Source: Octopus bimaculoides (lineage: Eukaryota). Taken from it: a DNA stretch of 64,000 bases. The position numbers and the translations under genes are program-made. The stretch spans positions 28,214,327 through 28,278,326 of the forward strand of contig NC_068988.1 of the NCBI RefSeq assembly GCF_001194135.2, given 5' to 3'. The notes below the pieces were generated by a model. The model searched no databases. It worked only from the letters and a program-made list of their open reading frames with translations, and was not told the DNA's origin. Positions 12,800-25,953 of the stretch are shown here, piece by piece; position 1 is the first letter of the stretch, and the number at the start of each line of letters is the position of its first letter.

Positions 12800-13330
12800 T
12801 AAACTAGATTGTGTTCCAAGCCTATTCTTGGATCAAAGGAGGAGGTTGGTAGATGCAGTAACTACTGTTTCAGTAGTGAAGGCTCTGTTAAAATAGGTTG
12901 TTGCTCTATTGAAGATCCCTGCATGAGAAGCTGGAGATCCTTGTATTAATATTCTTGATTAAGGTTCCAAAAACTCAAATTGGATGGCAGTACCCATATT
13001 TATATATCACAGTGTTTCAGAAAGTGTTTTGTAAGATTTGTATGTATTTGTGTCTCAATTGAGGGAGATGTCCAAGAACTTAGCTATCATAAGACTGGTC
13101 TTTTATTGTGATTTGTAGTCGGAGCTGACTGAAAGTGCTAAGTTCCTTTGCAAACGTATTGCAGGCTTTGACTATTAGAGTTGTGGCTTGACCTTTATCC
13201 CTGTGTGTACCAGTGTTGTGGTTATTGAATTTTTATGACTTCTAGTATAGGCTCCTGAGACTGCATATACCTGCATGTCTGACCTCATATTAACATTAAA
13301 GGTGCCTATAGTGAGAACTCCAAATATGTT
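12800..13330 (-). pseudogene. Decayed LINE APE-endonuclease N-terminal fragment
   Basis: LTIGTFNV at 13315..13292, typical of the start of an RTE-type APE. Downstream sequence is disrupted. Confidence 0.45.
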
Positions 13331-14220
13331 TTAGTCTTGTTAGGATTCATTAGTGAAGAATAGTCTGTAACTGCCAGATATCAGGATGATTAAAGAATGT
13401 AGAGTTGTAATTTTAATGAAAGTTTTTTTTTAATTCGTGTATTGTAATTTGCTGTAATATTATTGCTCTAAATTGAAGTTAGACTCCTCAGAAACATGAT
13501 GGCAAAGCAGGAAGTTGCAATGCAAATGGTAACTCACTATCATACAATAGCTGCTGTCAGATTCCTCTGATTCATTCATTGTTTAGGCACATATTAACTT
13601 GTTCTCTGATATGTCCACCTACTATGTGAATACATTTTGTTTTACTGATGTTTTGGTCTTAATTTATAAAGAGTTAATTTTGAGAACCATGCTATTGAAA
13701 TTACATAGCACCTGGAACAATCCATTTCAATTTAAAGCTATGTGAGTGGTTGTAGTTAGGAAGGGCATCCAGCTGTAGAAACTCTGCCAGATCAGACTGG
13801 AGCCTGGAGCAACCATCTGGCTCACCAGTTCCCAGTCAAACCATCCAACCCATGCTAGCATGGAATGCGGACATTAAACGATGATGATGATGAGTGAATT
13901 AGAGTAGATGGAAGCTGTATTACAGCTTGTGAGATAGCTTGTACCTGCTTTTGAGTGGTAGTCTTTAACCCTTTAGCATTTGAACCAGCCATATGCAGCC
14001 CAAATGTTCTACCTCTTTTGTAAGCATTACATTTGACAGATTAATATGAATATGAAGGAGTTAATCTGTTGCCTGTTTAATAAATAGATTCCATTGAAAG
14101 CCCCCGGGGTACCTTTGCTTGTTTTTACTCATTTGTAAACATTCTGACCAGGTCTGCTGTGTGTTTCCCTTTTTATGCACTGGGAGGCAAAGAAAGACTA
14201 AAATAACATTACAACAAACA

Positions 14221-14520
14221 GGTATGGTTGTGAGGTTAAGAAACTCATTTTGCTACCACATAGCTTTGGGTTGAGTCCCAGTGTGGCACCTTAGGCAAGT
14301 GTCTTCTACTATAGCCCTGGGCTGACCAGTGTTTTACAAGTAAATTTGGTAGACGGAAACTATATGGAAACTTGTGTGTGTATCCTTGTGTTTGTCCACT
14401 CATCCTTCACTTGATAACCAATGTTGGTTTGTCTCCATCCCCCATAACTTAGTGGTTTGAGCAAAAGAGACCAATAGAATAAATACCAAACTTTAAAACA
14501 GTGAGTACTAGGATTGGCTG
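14221..14520 (+). mobile_element. SINE family A copy (diverged)
   Basis: GGCACCTTAGGCAAGTGTCTTCTACTATAGCC core and 3' body. Confidence 0.75.
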
Positions 14521-14739
14521 TACAATCATACAGCCATATATATAAGTATATAAAACCCAAATACCCTTCTCCCTGCAGCATACAAATTGCAGTCTGTATG
14601 CTGCAGAGTGAAGGGTATTTTACTTTTGATGATGTGGAGTAGTATTTTTTGTTGTTTGAATATTGAGACAGAATGATTGTTTGTTTTTGTAACTGGTCTA
14701 ATTAGATGTGCCATGTTCATTTTTCTATTGCCAAAACAA

Positions 14740-15045
14740 TTACCACATAAAACGCACCCGTGTTGGTGCCACATATAAAGCACCCATGCTGGTGTCACAT
14801 TAAAAACCACATGTGCTGGTGCGATGTGTAAAGTACTGGTGCTGGTTACACTTAGAAAGCACCCAGTTCACTCTGTAAAGTGGTTGGCGTAAGGAAGGGC
14901 ATCCAGCCATAGAATCCATGCCAAAACAGACAAAGGAATCCTAGAGCAGGTGTCTGGCTTGCCAGCTCCTGTTTGACCATCCCATGCCAGCTCCTGTTTG
15001 ACCATCCTATGCCAGCATGAAAAACAGATGTTAAATGATGATGAG
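14740..15045 (+). mobile_element. Family B copy with about 4 short 5' tandem units and a 25-bp internal tandem duplication
   Basis: GGTGCCACATATAAAGCACC-like repeats. CTCCTGTTTGACCATCC occurs twice. Confidence 0.7.
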
Positions 15046-15489
15046 GATTTGTACAACAAGGCCTTTATAATTTCTGCCATTTTTGTATGAAATTATAGAG
15101 AATGTTTGGATAATTGTGGAAAGGTTATTTTTAAGGTTTGTTCCATCTCTAATATCAGGAATAACAAATGAAACTTTGAATATATATTTAATTAATTACT
15201 CTTAAAGTTGTTTATTGATATTTTATTGCCTGGCTTTCTCTTTATTAATACACAATTTTCAGAGATATCCTAACAGTTTATTAAAAATATATCAATATTA
15301 ATTCATTTCTTCATTAATTAGATTGGAGCCTGGTGTTGCCATCCGGTTTCACCAGTCCTCAGTCAAATCGTCCAACCCATGCTAGCATGGAAAGCGGACG
15401 TTAAACGATGATGATGATGATGATGATGATGATTAAGACAAGACTACAGATTTCTTTTTTTTTTTAATGAATTTTGCAGTGTATTCATC

Positions 15490-15860
15490 CATCTTCTCTG
15501 TCCAATATTTCTGGGAGGGTTGTAGGAGTAGAGTCTTTGACACTTCCTTCATAGAGTCCTATCAGAAGTAACCGTTATTACACTCTTCTACCGGATTCCC
15601 AAGCACGATCAACTGAGACTTTGGATATTATCCAATCATCTTGCACTTGGTCTACTCCTAGGGGTTGGCTCAGCTTGAAGAACCCATTTTGCAATTCTTT
15701 CCTGTGGCATTCTAATCACATGTCAGAAGTACCAAAGTATGCTTTTTTAATTCAGAGAAGTAGTGGCTTGATATGAAGAGACTCCTTGGTCTCCAAGCTA
15801 CACACCCTGCCAGAGGGCCATTGGAGGAGCCCCATTTTAGCAGCTTGTATTTATCAAGGA
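15490..15860 (-). pseudogene. Decayed RTE-like LINE C-terminal fragment
   Basis: MPQERIAKWVLQAEPTPRSRPSAR*LDNI resembles the RTE end motif (R.PK..L....RPRGRP..RW.D.I). Confidence 0.55.
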
Positions 15861-17149
15861 GGTTAATCCTATTTGGACGATGTTAGTTATTTGCTTTGGC
15901 TACTTAAATATTATCAAGGAGCCTCTCAAGCACAATATTATTGTCCCCATCAGCATTCTCATAATTTTAGTTCCACACTCTTAGTTTTCTATTATCTGTT
16001 TACTGTCATTTTATACTTCGTTTTGAAAGCATTTATGTTATTTGAAATCCACTTTAAAGGATACAATAGACTTTTGAGTCCTAAACAATGGCTTCTTAAT
16101 AAAACTGTTATTGAAGTGACATAGTATGTTAATGTCACATAGGTAGATGTCTGGTCAGGTAAAACTTCTCTAAGATATTAATTTAAAATGTGTGGTATGT
16201 ACGTTCTTTTTCATTATTAGTGTTTATATATTTACTATTTTCTAAAGAAAACATTTTTATTGCCTTCTGGAATTATATACAGCTATTTAATAAATTTGTG
16301 TCCTTTATTTATGCTCTTATATCGGGGTTGTCTGATATATTCCATGGCTTGTTGTCACCACTAAGTTATTGTGTAGGTCACTGATTTAATTAGCAGTTAG
16401 ATCAAGGAATTGACTATTAAATACGGTCAATGAATATAATTTTCTAACAAAGCTGCTGACTTGCCGGCTCTACTCATAGTTAAGCATTTCGATTCAAATC
16501 TTCTAGTCGGGTTGTTTAGTTGTAGTGTGACCTTCATTTCATCACCTTTTGTGCATGTCAGACTTTGTTTATCTCCCCTCCTTTATAATCTCCCCTTCCT
16601 ACATTAATAACATGCTTGTGACAACTTATTACGTAAGCAACCAATGCAGAGGACACTGCATTACTGCCATACCTTCTGCATACAGATCTCAACCAGATGT
16701 AACATTGACACATCACTTCATGTCATAACATAAACATTCCCCACGAACAGAAACGTAACAGAGCCTCACAAACCAACAAACAGCTTCTTTATCATCGTCA
16801 TCATCATCATCATTTAACGTCCGTGTTCCATGCGTGGAACGGTACCACAAACGCCGGCCAGGCCGAAGCCTGCACCAGGCTTCTGTGACTGTTTTGGCAG
16901 GATTTTTACAGCTGGATGCCCTTCCTAACACCAATCACTCAGCTTTTTATGTGGCACATGCACAGGCAAGGTGAGCAGTGCTGACCTCGCCTGTGCATGT
17001 GCCACTTAAAAACTTTATAGTTGCTCAATCTGCAAGAAACTGCTAAACTTCCCTCAAATCGTATCCTATTTATCTCTCTCTAATCCTGCATCTTTCTGCA
17101 TTTAAGTTATTTCTCTTAATGTTTCACTAGCGATTGGTTGATAAGAATA

Positions 17150-17582
17150 TAATAATGTATGGCACCACGCAAAAAATACCCAGTCCCTCTGTACAAAACC
17201 TTGTACAGGTGTCTTCTACTATAGCCCAAGGCCAACCAATGCCTTGTAAGTGAATCTGGCAGACAGAAACTACCTGGAAGCCTATACATACATACATACA
17301 TACATACATACATACATACATACATACATACATACATACGTACATACAAATATATCTATATCTATACACACACTCACATGTGTCTGTGTTTGTCACCTAC
17401 CCCTCTGCTTGACAAACAGTGTTGGTTTGTTTACATCCCTGCAACTTAGTGGTTTCACAAAAGAGACTGATAGAATAAGAACCAGACTGAAAAGCATAAG
17501 TACTGGGGGTGAGCTGTTTGACTAAAATTCTTCAGAGCGGTGCCCCAGCATGACTGCAGTCCAATATCTGAAACAAAAGACA
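17150..17582 (+). mobile_element. SINE family A copy with internal (TACA)n
   Basis: Core GTGTCTTCTACTATAGCC and 3' GCGGTGCCCCAGCATG. Confidence 0.75.
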
Positions 17583-17615
17583 AAATGATAAAAATATATT
17601 TGAATAGCCTCACAC

Positions 17616-17773
17616 TAGGGGCAGACTGAACCGTTGGTCAATTGGGCACTGCCCGAGGGTCCAGAGCTCTGAGGGGCCCGCACTCTACATGTTAACTCTT
17701 CTAAAACACACATTCAAAGGAGCCTGGTAAGCAGTTATGCCTGAGGGCCCTTAATACTTTCAGTCCATCCCTG
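17616..17773. mobile_element. hAT-type MITE
   Basis: Imperfect 15-bp TIRs TAGGGGCAGACTGAA / TTCAGTCCATCCCTG, with an 8-bp TSD CCTCACAC / CTTCACAC (1 mismatch). Confidence 0.7.
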
Positions 17774-18384
17774 CTTCACACTGTCCCAAGCTATGACAAC
17801 TTATGACAGCTTCTTAACTCTTAAGTTTGTCATTTTATACTAAAAAAGGAAGTGATTTTTATTAAACACTCTTATTTGCCCAGTGGTTTCATTTGACACA
17901 GTAGATAGTTTCTGTTACTAAGATAAGTTTATTAGTGTTTTCAGATAGATTGTAAATGTGGGGAAGAAACCCAGGGAGCTATAAGGCTTACTGTGCATAT
18001 GCAAAAGTTAAACTGTATAATGCATAAAGATGCAATATAAGATAAAATGCAGATTGAATGTAGAAAGGCAACAGAGGCTGGCTTAAGTAATTTGAGTCTG
18101 GTCTCAATTTCAATGAGAGAGAGATCAAGTGAGACTTAAGTCAGTAGAGGAATATTGAAAGGAATACCTGATGTGTGTAAGAGAGATATACACAGAAGCT
18201 GGTGCGCACCAAAGTGTCTTTTGGCACAAAGACTGGGTGGGGGAAGTACTTGTGGTAGAGAGAGTCATTGGGAAGGAAGGAAGATAAGATTGTTGTTGTT
18301 GTGGTCATAGGTCGGTGTTGGACGGCTTTCCAGCCATGACCATCTTTTATGTTATTTTTATATTACCTTTTTTTTTTTTTTACC

Positions 18385-18722
18385 GTTTACTTGTTTCACT
18401 CATTGGACTGTGGCCATACTGGGGTACTACCTTGAAAGGTTTAGTGACACAAATTGACCCCTTTAAGTTTGGTACTTATTCTATTGGTGTCTTTTGCTGA
18501 ACTGCTGAGTTATGGGGACATAAATAAACCAACACCAGTTGTCAAGCAATGAAGGGAACAAACACAAAGACACATGCACTCTCACACATATGACAAGCTT
18601 CCACACAGTTTCTGCCCACCAAATTTGCTCACAAGGCATTGGGCTATAATAAAAGACACTTTGCCAAGGTGCTGTGCAGTGGGACTGAACCTGAAACGAG
18701 CTTCTTAACCATACAGCCATGT
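18385..18722 (-). mobile_element. SINE family A copy (diverged)
   Basis: Reverse-complement match to head, core and 3' body. Confidence 0.75.
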
Positions 18723-21410
18723 TTATGATTGGAAACATAAGACTGATAGCAGTGATGATATGATATGTTATACTGCAGACCCTGTAGATGCAGGCATGGT
18801 TGAATGGTTGAGAAATATGCTTTGTAGTGTTAGAAATACTTGAGTCAAAACCCAAGGCTTGTGACTGTAATTTGGGAAAGAAATGGACACTTTGGAAGAA
18901 TATCAGGTGTACTCTACCTATCAGGTGTAATCACGCATGATTATTCTGATTCATCATCATTTAATGTTCGTTTTTCAAGCTGGCATGGGTTGGACAGTTT
19001 GACCAGAGGCTGGTAAGCTGGAGAACTGCACCAAGTTCCAGTTGTCTGGCATCGGCACAGGTGCTTTTAATATGGCACTGGCACAGGTGCTTTTTAGGTG
19101 GAACCAGTACGAATAAAGTCACCAAGTAACTTGCAAGATAAAGACCCCTTAGCTGAGAGAGGGAGTTGAATCGAGAAAAATGTCTGAGTGCCTGGCAAGA
19201 AGTTAGAATATGATAGAGGACAGAGATAATTGTCTTACTATTTTCCTTGTAAATTATGTTAGAAGTACACATGTTTGTAGAATCCTCAGCCGGTTGCACT
19301 CTAATTCAAAGCGAAGACTGTTCTGTTCATCAAAGAACTGGAACATTCTTTATTGAAACCAAAAGAGATCAGTTTGCAATGTGTGTGTTTGGCTTGACAT
19401 TGTGTCATAGTTGTAACTGAGTACCACTGTCATACCGGCAGTGGTATTCATTACAGATATTCTGTGAAAACATGTTTGGTCATGGGGAATATTACCTTGT
19501 TTGGAAATAAGTAAAGGTTGGCAACAGGGTATCCTGTCACAGAAAATCTGCCTCAGTAAACTCTGTCCAAACCATACAGTCATGGAAAAGTGAATGTTAA
19601 AATTGTGATGATGGTTTTTATTGTCTCCATCCAACCGAATATATGATGACAACAGCAACAATTACTGCCACTACGACTATTTAATGTCCAGGTTCCATCC
19701 TGGCATAGTTTGGATGGTTTCGGCAGGATATTACAAATCAGAGGACTGCACCCTGCTCCAGTGTCTGCTGTGGCAAGGTTTCCCCGACTGGATGCCTTTC
19801 CTAGCACCAACCACATTACATCGTGTACTGGATGCTTTTTCCATGACATGAACATCAGTGAAGATTGCCGTGTAACTACTTACATGGCTTACGGCCTAAA
19901 TTAGTCCATTATTACTGTTTCTGATAGCATAATATTTATATATCTTCATGTGATTATCAAACTCAGCTGAAATAGTAGGAGGTTTCTATTTTGTAATGTA
20001 AATTCAAAGGCATATTTTACCAGATTGCATTTAAAATGAACATAAAAATATGACCTTTTGTTGTGTGTAACTCTTTCACTGCGAAATTTAAGATCATGGC
20101 TGTTCCTATGTTAAAGCTTGCTATTTTCTGCAGGTCACGTTATCTCAATAAACTTGACATATCTCAACAGAAAATAGTTTCAAACACAACATTCTAATGT
20201 ATAAAATTACTTTCCACAATTAAAAGGGTTAAAGAAATATAAGTTTCTTTTTTTTATATTTTTAATTCAAAATAAGTTTTCCCTTCATGAACAATAGATT
20301 ATTGTAAAGCATCCTGTCCGTGATGTCTACTTAATTGCTACGAAATTGTTTTAAGAAAAACTAATGACTCTGTTATCTTACACTTTTTCTTTTATTATTT
20401 CCATGTTATCCATTCTTGTTCACATTTTTACGATGCCTTTGTGTGTGTATGAATAGCTTTGTATTGTAATGCATTAAAAAGCTTTTGATAACTGAAGTTT
20501 TGTCTTTACCCTAATCATGATTCTTATTTGGGTTGAAATTATTTCATTTCTTTGTTGGTTTAATAATATACAAAATTGTTAATTTATTATTAAGTATTTT
20601 CAATATTTTTGTCTACAAATTGGCTTTTATGAACATTTTATATAAATATTATCTGCTTTTGTTTGACATGTTTCTTGTCTACATTTTGTGTAATTGTAAA
20701 TACACCACAAACATATCTATAATAGTTTAAGGTTTTCCAGAAACTCAGATGTCTAAAAATTTACATAGTTAAGGCTTAAAGGTGACCAATCCAGTAGCAA
20801 CACCATGAGTTTAAATCCAGTAACAGGACTTCTGTTTAGCATGTTTTATTCTCATACTTATTGTTTATGGTTTAATCGGTTCAAGTCTTTATCGACTATA
20901 AAGTACAGTGCCTGTGGTTACTTCCTGTATCATAGTTTTTTGCCAGCATCTAGGAGTTTAAACATGGGGATTTTTAGTAGACAGAAGGGAAAGCAACTTT
21001 TTTTTTTTTTTTCATTTAACTACAGTGAATATCACCAAGGCACCAACCAAAAAATATAGTATTCAAATAATAACTGACACTAAACATGTATGTCAACAAG
21101 CTTAGTACTACTCTCAGAGACAGGCAACATACATAAAAATATGTGGCAATGATCCTGTTCAAATTAAGATTTATCAACTATTTGCCCCCTCCCGAATGAT
21201 TGCACCATCAATGTTATAGCTATATGAGGAGTGAAAGTGTATCACGGTGAGTGAATAATTATGATAAAGTCTTCTTTCTGAGTTTCAAAATGTATGTATG
21301 TATATATAGTATGTGTGAAATTATCTAATGATAAAGTAATATTTATATTGCAGTAGTTATTATATCTGTTGTGATACGTTGCTTTAATAATTTCACTGCC
21401 CTCATTTCAG

Positions 21411-21621
21411 CACCTCATGGTCATCTGCAGCCGGACCCTAGTGACCCTTCAAAGTGGCAAGTGGTTCAAACCACATCTCAAACACCCACTCCGATCGGCC
21501 CCCTTAGCCCTGCTGACAGTCCACAGCAACAGCAGCAGCAACAAAGCACAGATGTGGTACCTGGTAAGAGACTACGAAGGGTTGCTTGCACTTGTCCCAA
21601 CTGCCGAGATTCGGAAGGGAG
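21411..21621 (+). CDS. Sp1-4: Sp1-4 exon 3: poly-Q stretch and buttonhead box (RLRRVACTCPNC)
   Basis: Acceptor TTTCAG|CA is phase 1 and matches exon 2. The btd box is present. Donor AG|GTAGGT is phase 2. Confidence 0.95.
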
Positions 21622-21974
21622 GTAGGTCACACTTCACTGTTTCTAAATGCTTCAGTCATTCATGTTTCTATTAACCCTTTCATTACTTTATTCCTGCTCA
21701 ACTATACTGTCTTCGTTTCAATTAATTTTGGCAATAACAAAAAATTTAGTAAGATAACTTTGTCAATATAAAACTCGTGTTTCGAGCATAAATTAGTATG
21801 AAATTTTCAGATCCTTTTAAAACAGGGATTTTGTATCAGGGAACCAGAGGTAGTTTATTATCAAAAGAGTTAAACTCTGTTTTGCTGCATAGTTTTATTT
21901 TCCATGCTTTTTACTTCCATTTGTATTGTCTTCCATTTTCATGGACTATTACAGTCCATTATTATTGTTATCAA

Positions 21975-22210
21975 GGTAAAGCAACGAGCTGGCAGAAACG
22001 TTAGCACACTGGGCGAAATGCTAAGCGGTATTTCGTCTGCCATTATGTTCTGAGTTCAAATTCCGCCGGGATTGACTTTGCCTTTCATCCTTTCGGGGTC
22101 GATAAATTAAGTACCAGTTATGCAGTTGTGTACTGGGTTCAATCTAATCGACTGGTCCCCTCCCTCTCCCCAAATTTCGGACCTTGTGCCTAGAGTAGAA
22201 AAGAACATTT
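21975..22210 (+). mobile_element. SINE family C: tRNA-like head plus GACTTTGCCTTTCATCCTTTCGGGGTCGATAAA..AGTACCAG core (Meta-domain-like by recall)
   Basis: A-box-like TGGCAGAAACG and B-box-like GAGTTCAAATTCC. Copies at about 25130, 27870 and 49830 (+) and 44000, 50400, 52550 and 55535 (-). Confidence 0.75.
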
Positions 22211-22564
22211 ATTGTTTTCTGATTTTATTCAATAATTGATTATGAATGAAGAGTTCAGGTGTGGGTGTGGCTTTGTGGTTAAGAGGTCCAATCATGGGGA
22301 AATATTACCTTACTTGAGAAACAGATGAGGGCTAGATGCATATAAGCATCGAAATGTAGATATTAAAACAATGATGATGCTGATTGTCTCTTCTAATCCA
22401 GTAGCTAATGTTTTTGGTTCTTTTCTACTTACTTACCTCACATACACTTTAGATTTGATAGTATTCAATTTGTTTCTTTCATCTTGTTCCTTCTTGATAT
22501 TTCAGTTTTACACTTCTGTAGTGTCATAAATCATATAAAAAACAAATCACAATAGCAACACAAA

Positions 22565-22935
22565 TTATTACCTCTGTCGTATTGAAGGTGGAGGTATTGT
22601 TTCAGTCGTATTTGTTTGTTTGTCCATGGACAAGATATCTCAAGAATCACTGGATGGATTTGGATGAAACTTTCAGGGATGTTTGGCATTGTCACTGGCA
22701 TGAACTGATTAGATTTTGGGATCGATCTGGTACCGGACAAGGATTCTGGATTATTTTTTTCTGTTTTCTTTTACTTAATTTTTGAGAGCAGTCGCATTCA
22801 TTTTTAGTATTCTCGTTTATGAGAGCAGTCGAGTTTATTTCAGATATTCCCATTTTAAAAATCATCTCCAGCTAATCATTGAGAGGACATTGGTGTTGCC
22901 TTGGCGGAGGTTTGCGCTCTCTTAGTGCTCTCGTT
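22565..22935 (+). mobile_element. Helentron/DINE-1-like non-autonomous element in Sp intron 3
   Basis: 5' TTACCTCTGTC, a short GTTT microsatellite, 3' inverted GGCGGAGGT, then a short hairpin GCGCTCTCTTAGTGC near the end. Confidence 0.6.
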
Positions 22936-23045
22936 TAAGATAAATTCCCTTTAATATCTCAGCAACGATCAAGTATAAATTGACAAAAACTTGTGTTTCT
23001 ATTGAGAACAGTAAACTTTAAGGAATATTCCTTTTATTATTTCAG

Positions 23046-23135
23046 AAATAGTGAGAAAAAGAAGCAACATACATGTCACATCCCTGGATGTAATAAAGTC
23101 TATGGTAAAACTTCACATTTAAGAGCACATCTAAG
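23046..23135 (+). CDS. Sp1-4: Sp1-4 exon 4: zinc finger 1 (NSEKKKQHTCHIPGCNKVYGKTSHLRAHLR)
   Basis: TTTCAG|A acceptor and AG|GTAAGT donor, phase 2 to 2. Canonical Sp finger 1 sequence. Too short for the ORF track. Confidence 0.95.
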
Positions 23136-24462
23136 GTAAGTCACAATAGTGTTATATGCATTAAACAGGATTGATTTAATAGTTGTTGTGTGATGTCTAG
23201 TGATAGCTGTTAGTAGTTTGAGTGTCTCTTAGAGTTGGATCAATCTGTAAGAAGTGTATTGACAGCGTATATCATTTCAACAGTTGTTCATTATGGGATG
23301 AATTGATAAATATTATAATTTACCTGAACTATTCACCTTAACTTTTCAGGGTATATTTTACAATATTTACATTATAATTACTCTATAGTTAGATTAGCTT
23401 GATCTCTCTGGATCTGTTTGTCATAAATGTTCTTCATTTAAAAGTCATGTGGTTCAATGTCGTCTCAAGACCCGATTGATATCCAAAATCAAGACACCTA
23501 AATGAGACTCAGAGATCAAACTGTTTGTAGATGAAAATATTGTAGATATACACTTTAAAGATGCCGTTAGTAGCTTATTGTAAGTTGAGTTTAAACGATG
23601 CTGTTGTTTGAAACATTGGCTTGTGCAGTGAAGAGTCTGGTGATTTGGTTTTATTATGGAATTAAATGAATTTGCTGAATTTTTCTCACGAAACAGGAAA
23701 TTGTGTTTTAGAAGGCAGTGGTGAGTATTAAGGCTTAATTTAATAAACTTTTGTTGCTTGATAAAGAAGCAGGAATTCTGGTATGTCGCAACTATTATAT
23801 CAGGAAACTGCTGTAAGTATGGAAATGTAAAGAAACCATTTTGTTCCTTTCCAGCTAGTTTTGCACTTTAAGAGTTTATTTCCTACATCTTACTGTGGCT
23901 GATCTATGCTTGGATACATTGGTTTCAGAGTATTTTCTGCTTTATCCAGGACACAACATATTGTCAACGGTTCAATTAGAAATCATAACTCTTCAGTTAA
24001 GTGGTTGACATTTGGCAGTTGTTTTTATAGCTGGAAGCAATTTTTTGCTTTTAGTAAAGAAGGGTGCATAGACTTTTTTTTTATTAGTTAAGCAAACTAG
24101 GGCAGCTGACCACCTGTCTGCTTTTCTCGGGAATACAACACAATGGCTGTACTATTAATACTGAAATTATATTGTCAACCTAAAACTTAGCTTCTAGAAT
24201 ATATCTAAATAATAATAATGATGATGATGATGATGATGAGCACTGTATACAATGCTCAGATGCACTTCAACTCATCAGAAAAAGTAGCCAAAAGTGCATG
24301 AATAGCACAGGAAGTGAACAAGAATGTGCTTTTAAAAAAAAAGTGGCAGTGGAGTGAGGTGGGGGGACATCAATTTATTGAAATGCATAATTCCAATGTT
24401 GTTTTTTTTCTTTACTTTTTTTTTTATTGGATTTCAGTTTTCAGTTAATTTTCAGTTGGTGA

Positions 24463-24639
<177 letters not shown>

Positions 24640-25426
24640 TAAAACCCTAACTACATAAGGTTACTGCTTCTGTTTAAAATGTTATCAAATGTTTTTGAAG
24701 TATATGATGTTGTCTTAAAATTGTGCTTAGATAGATTTTTGTTTGCAAAATATAACAGAGAGATATAAAGAATACATGATGAGAACATATGTATAGAGTA
24801 CACGAGGAAGAGAATTAAGATATGAGAAGCATTTGTAATCTCTATATATATACCTTTTAATGAGTGTATTTTTCACTTTTGATTGTAAACATGCATTGGT
24901 CATTGAATTTTAGCTTAACCAAAACAATATATTGTGGATTTGTGCTGTTGTGAATAAACATTGGTACAAGTTCACAAACTTTGGTTGATACGTCAAGTCC
25001 TGGAGGATCAATGAAATTGAGTAACTCCTCCTGTCCACTTATTGCTGGCATTGTGCCTAAACTAGAAACAATTATTTTAGGTTTACAGCAAAGTTATTTT
25101 TATTCTTAAATAATTCAATTAATAGTTAACTAATAGAATCGTTAACATGCTGCACAAAATGCTTAATGACATTTTGTCTCTCTTTATGTTCTGAGTTCAA
25201 ATCCTGCCAAGGTTGACTTTACCTTTCATTTGGGGGTGGGGGTGATAAAATAAGTTTTGGTTTAGTACTGGGGTTGATGTAATCGACTTACTCACTTCAC
25301 CGAAATTGCTGGCTTTGTGCCAAAATTTGAAACCAAATTATTAGATTAACAGTTTAACTGAACTGACAAGATTCAAGTTTTGTTTTTTTTCAAGTTTTCA
25401 ACCAATTCTTTTCCATCTCTGTTTAG

Positions 25427-25555
25427 GAGAAAAACGTTTTGTCTGTCAAGAATGTAATAAACGCTTCATGCGAAGCGACCATTTAAGCAAACATTTGAAG
25501 ACTCATCAAAACAAACGAGTTCCCCAGGTTGCCCAAACAATAATGGGAAACCCAG
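25427..25555 (+). CDS. Sp1-4: Sp1-4 exon 6: zinc finger 3 ([29 protein letters not shown]...)
   Basis: TTTAG|GA acceptor and G|GTAAGT donor, phase 1 to 1. Canonical RSDHLSKH helix. Confidence 0.95.
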
Positions 25556-25727
25556 GTAAGTTTTCGTTTTGTTTTTCCTCTCTAGTTTAAACAAAAGGCT
25601 TTGATTTATTCTGTAGTAGTAGTAGTGGTGGTATGTTGCTTTGAATATTTACTCTAGAAGCAATTTTATTTTTAAAAGTAGTCATATGAATTTACCAACT
25701 ATGCTTAAAACTGGTTATTTTTTGCAG

Positions 25728-25849
25728 ATGATGAAGGTGTGGCAGATAACAGTGGTGTAGTCACTATGGATGAGGACTCTCCATCTAACTTTAGTGTATC
25801 ATCTCCATCAGTTGTAGATGTGTCTCAGTCTTTACCTGGACAAGGTTGA
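25728..25849 (+). CDS. Sp1-4: Sp1-4 terminal exon 7 (DDEGVADNSG...SLPGQG*), acidic/Ser-rich tail
   Basis: TTTGCAG|AT acceptor, phase 1, open to TGA at 25847-25849. The seven exons sum to 2409 nt, or 802 aa plus stop. Confidence 0.8.
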
Positions 25850-25947
25850 TAAATTTTATTCTCTCTTCCTCCTCCTCCCCAATGTATCATTCAAGAGTGA
25901 AATTTAACTGCAGCTTATTACACTCGTTTTTTTTTTACCTTCCCCAA

Positions 25948-25953
25948 AATAAA
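25948..25953 (+). terminator. First AATAAA after the Sp stop codon (candidate proximal polyA signal; others at 26131, 27231, 27722)
   Basis: Hexamer match about 100 nt after TGA. Use is not demonstrable from sequence. Confidence 0.35.
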
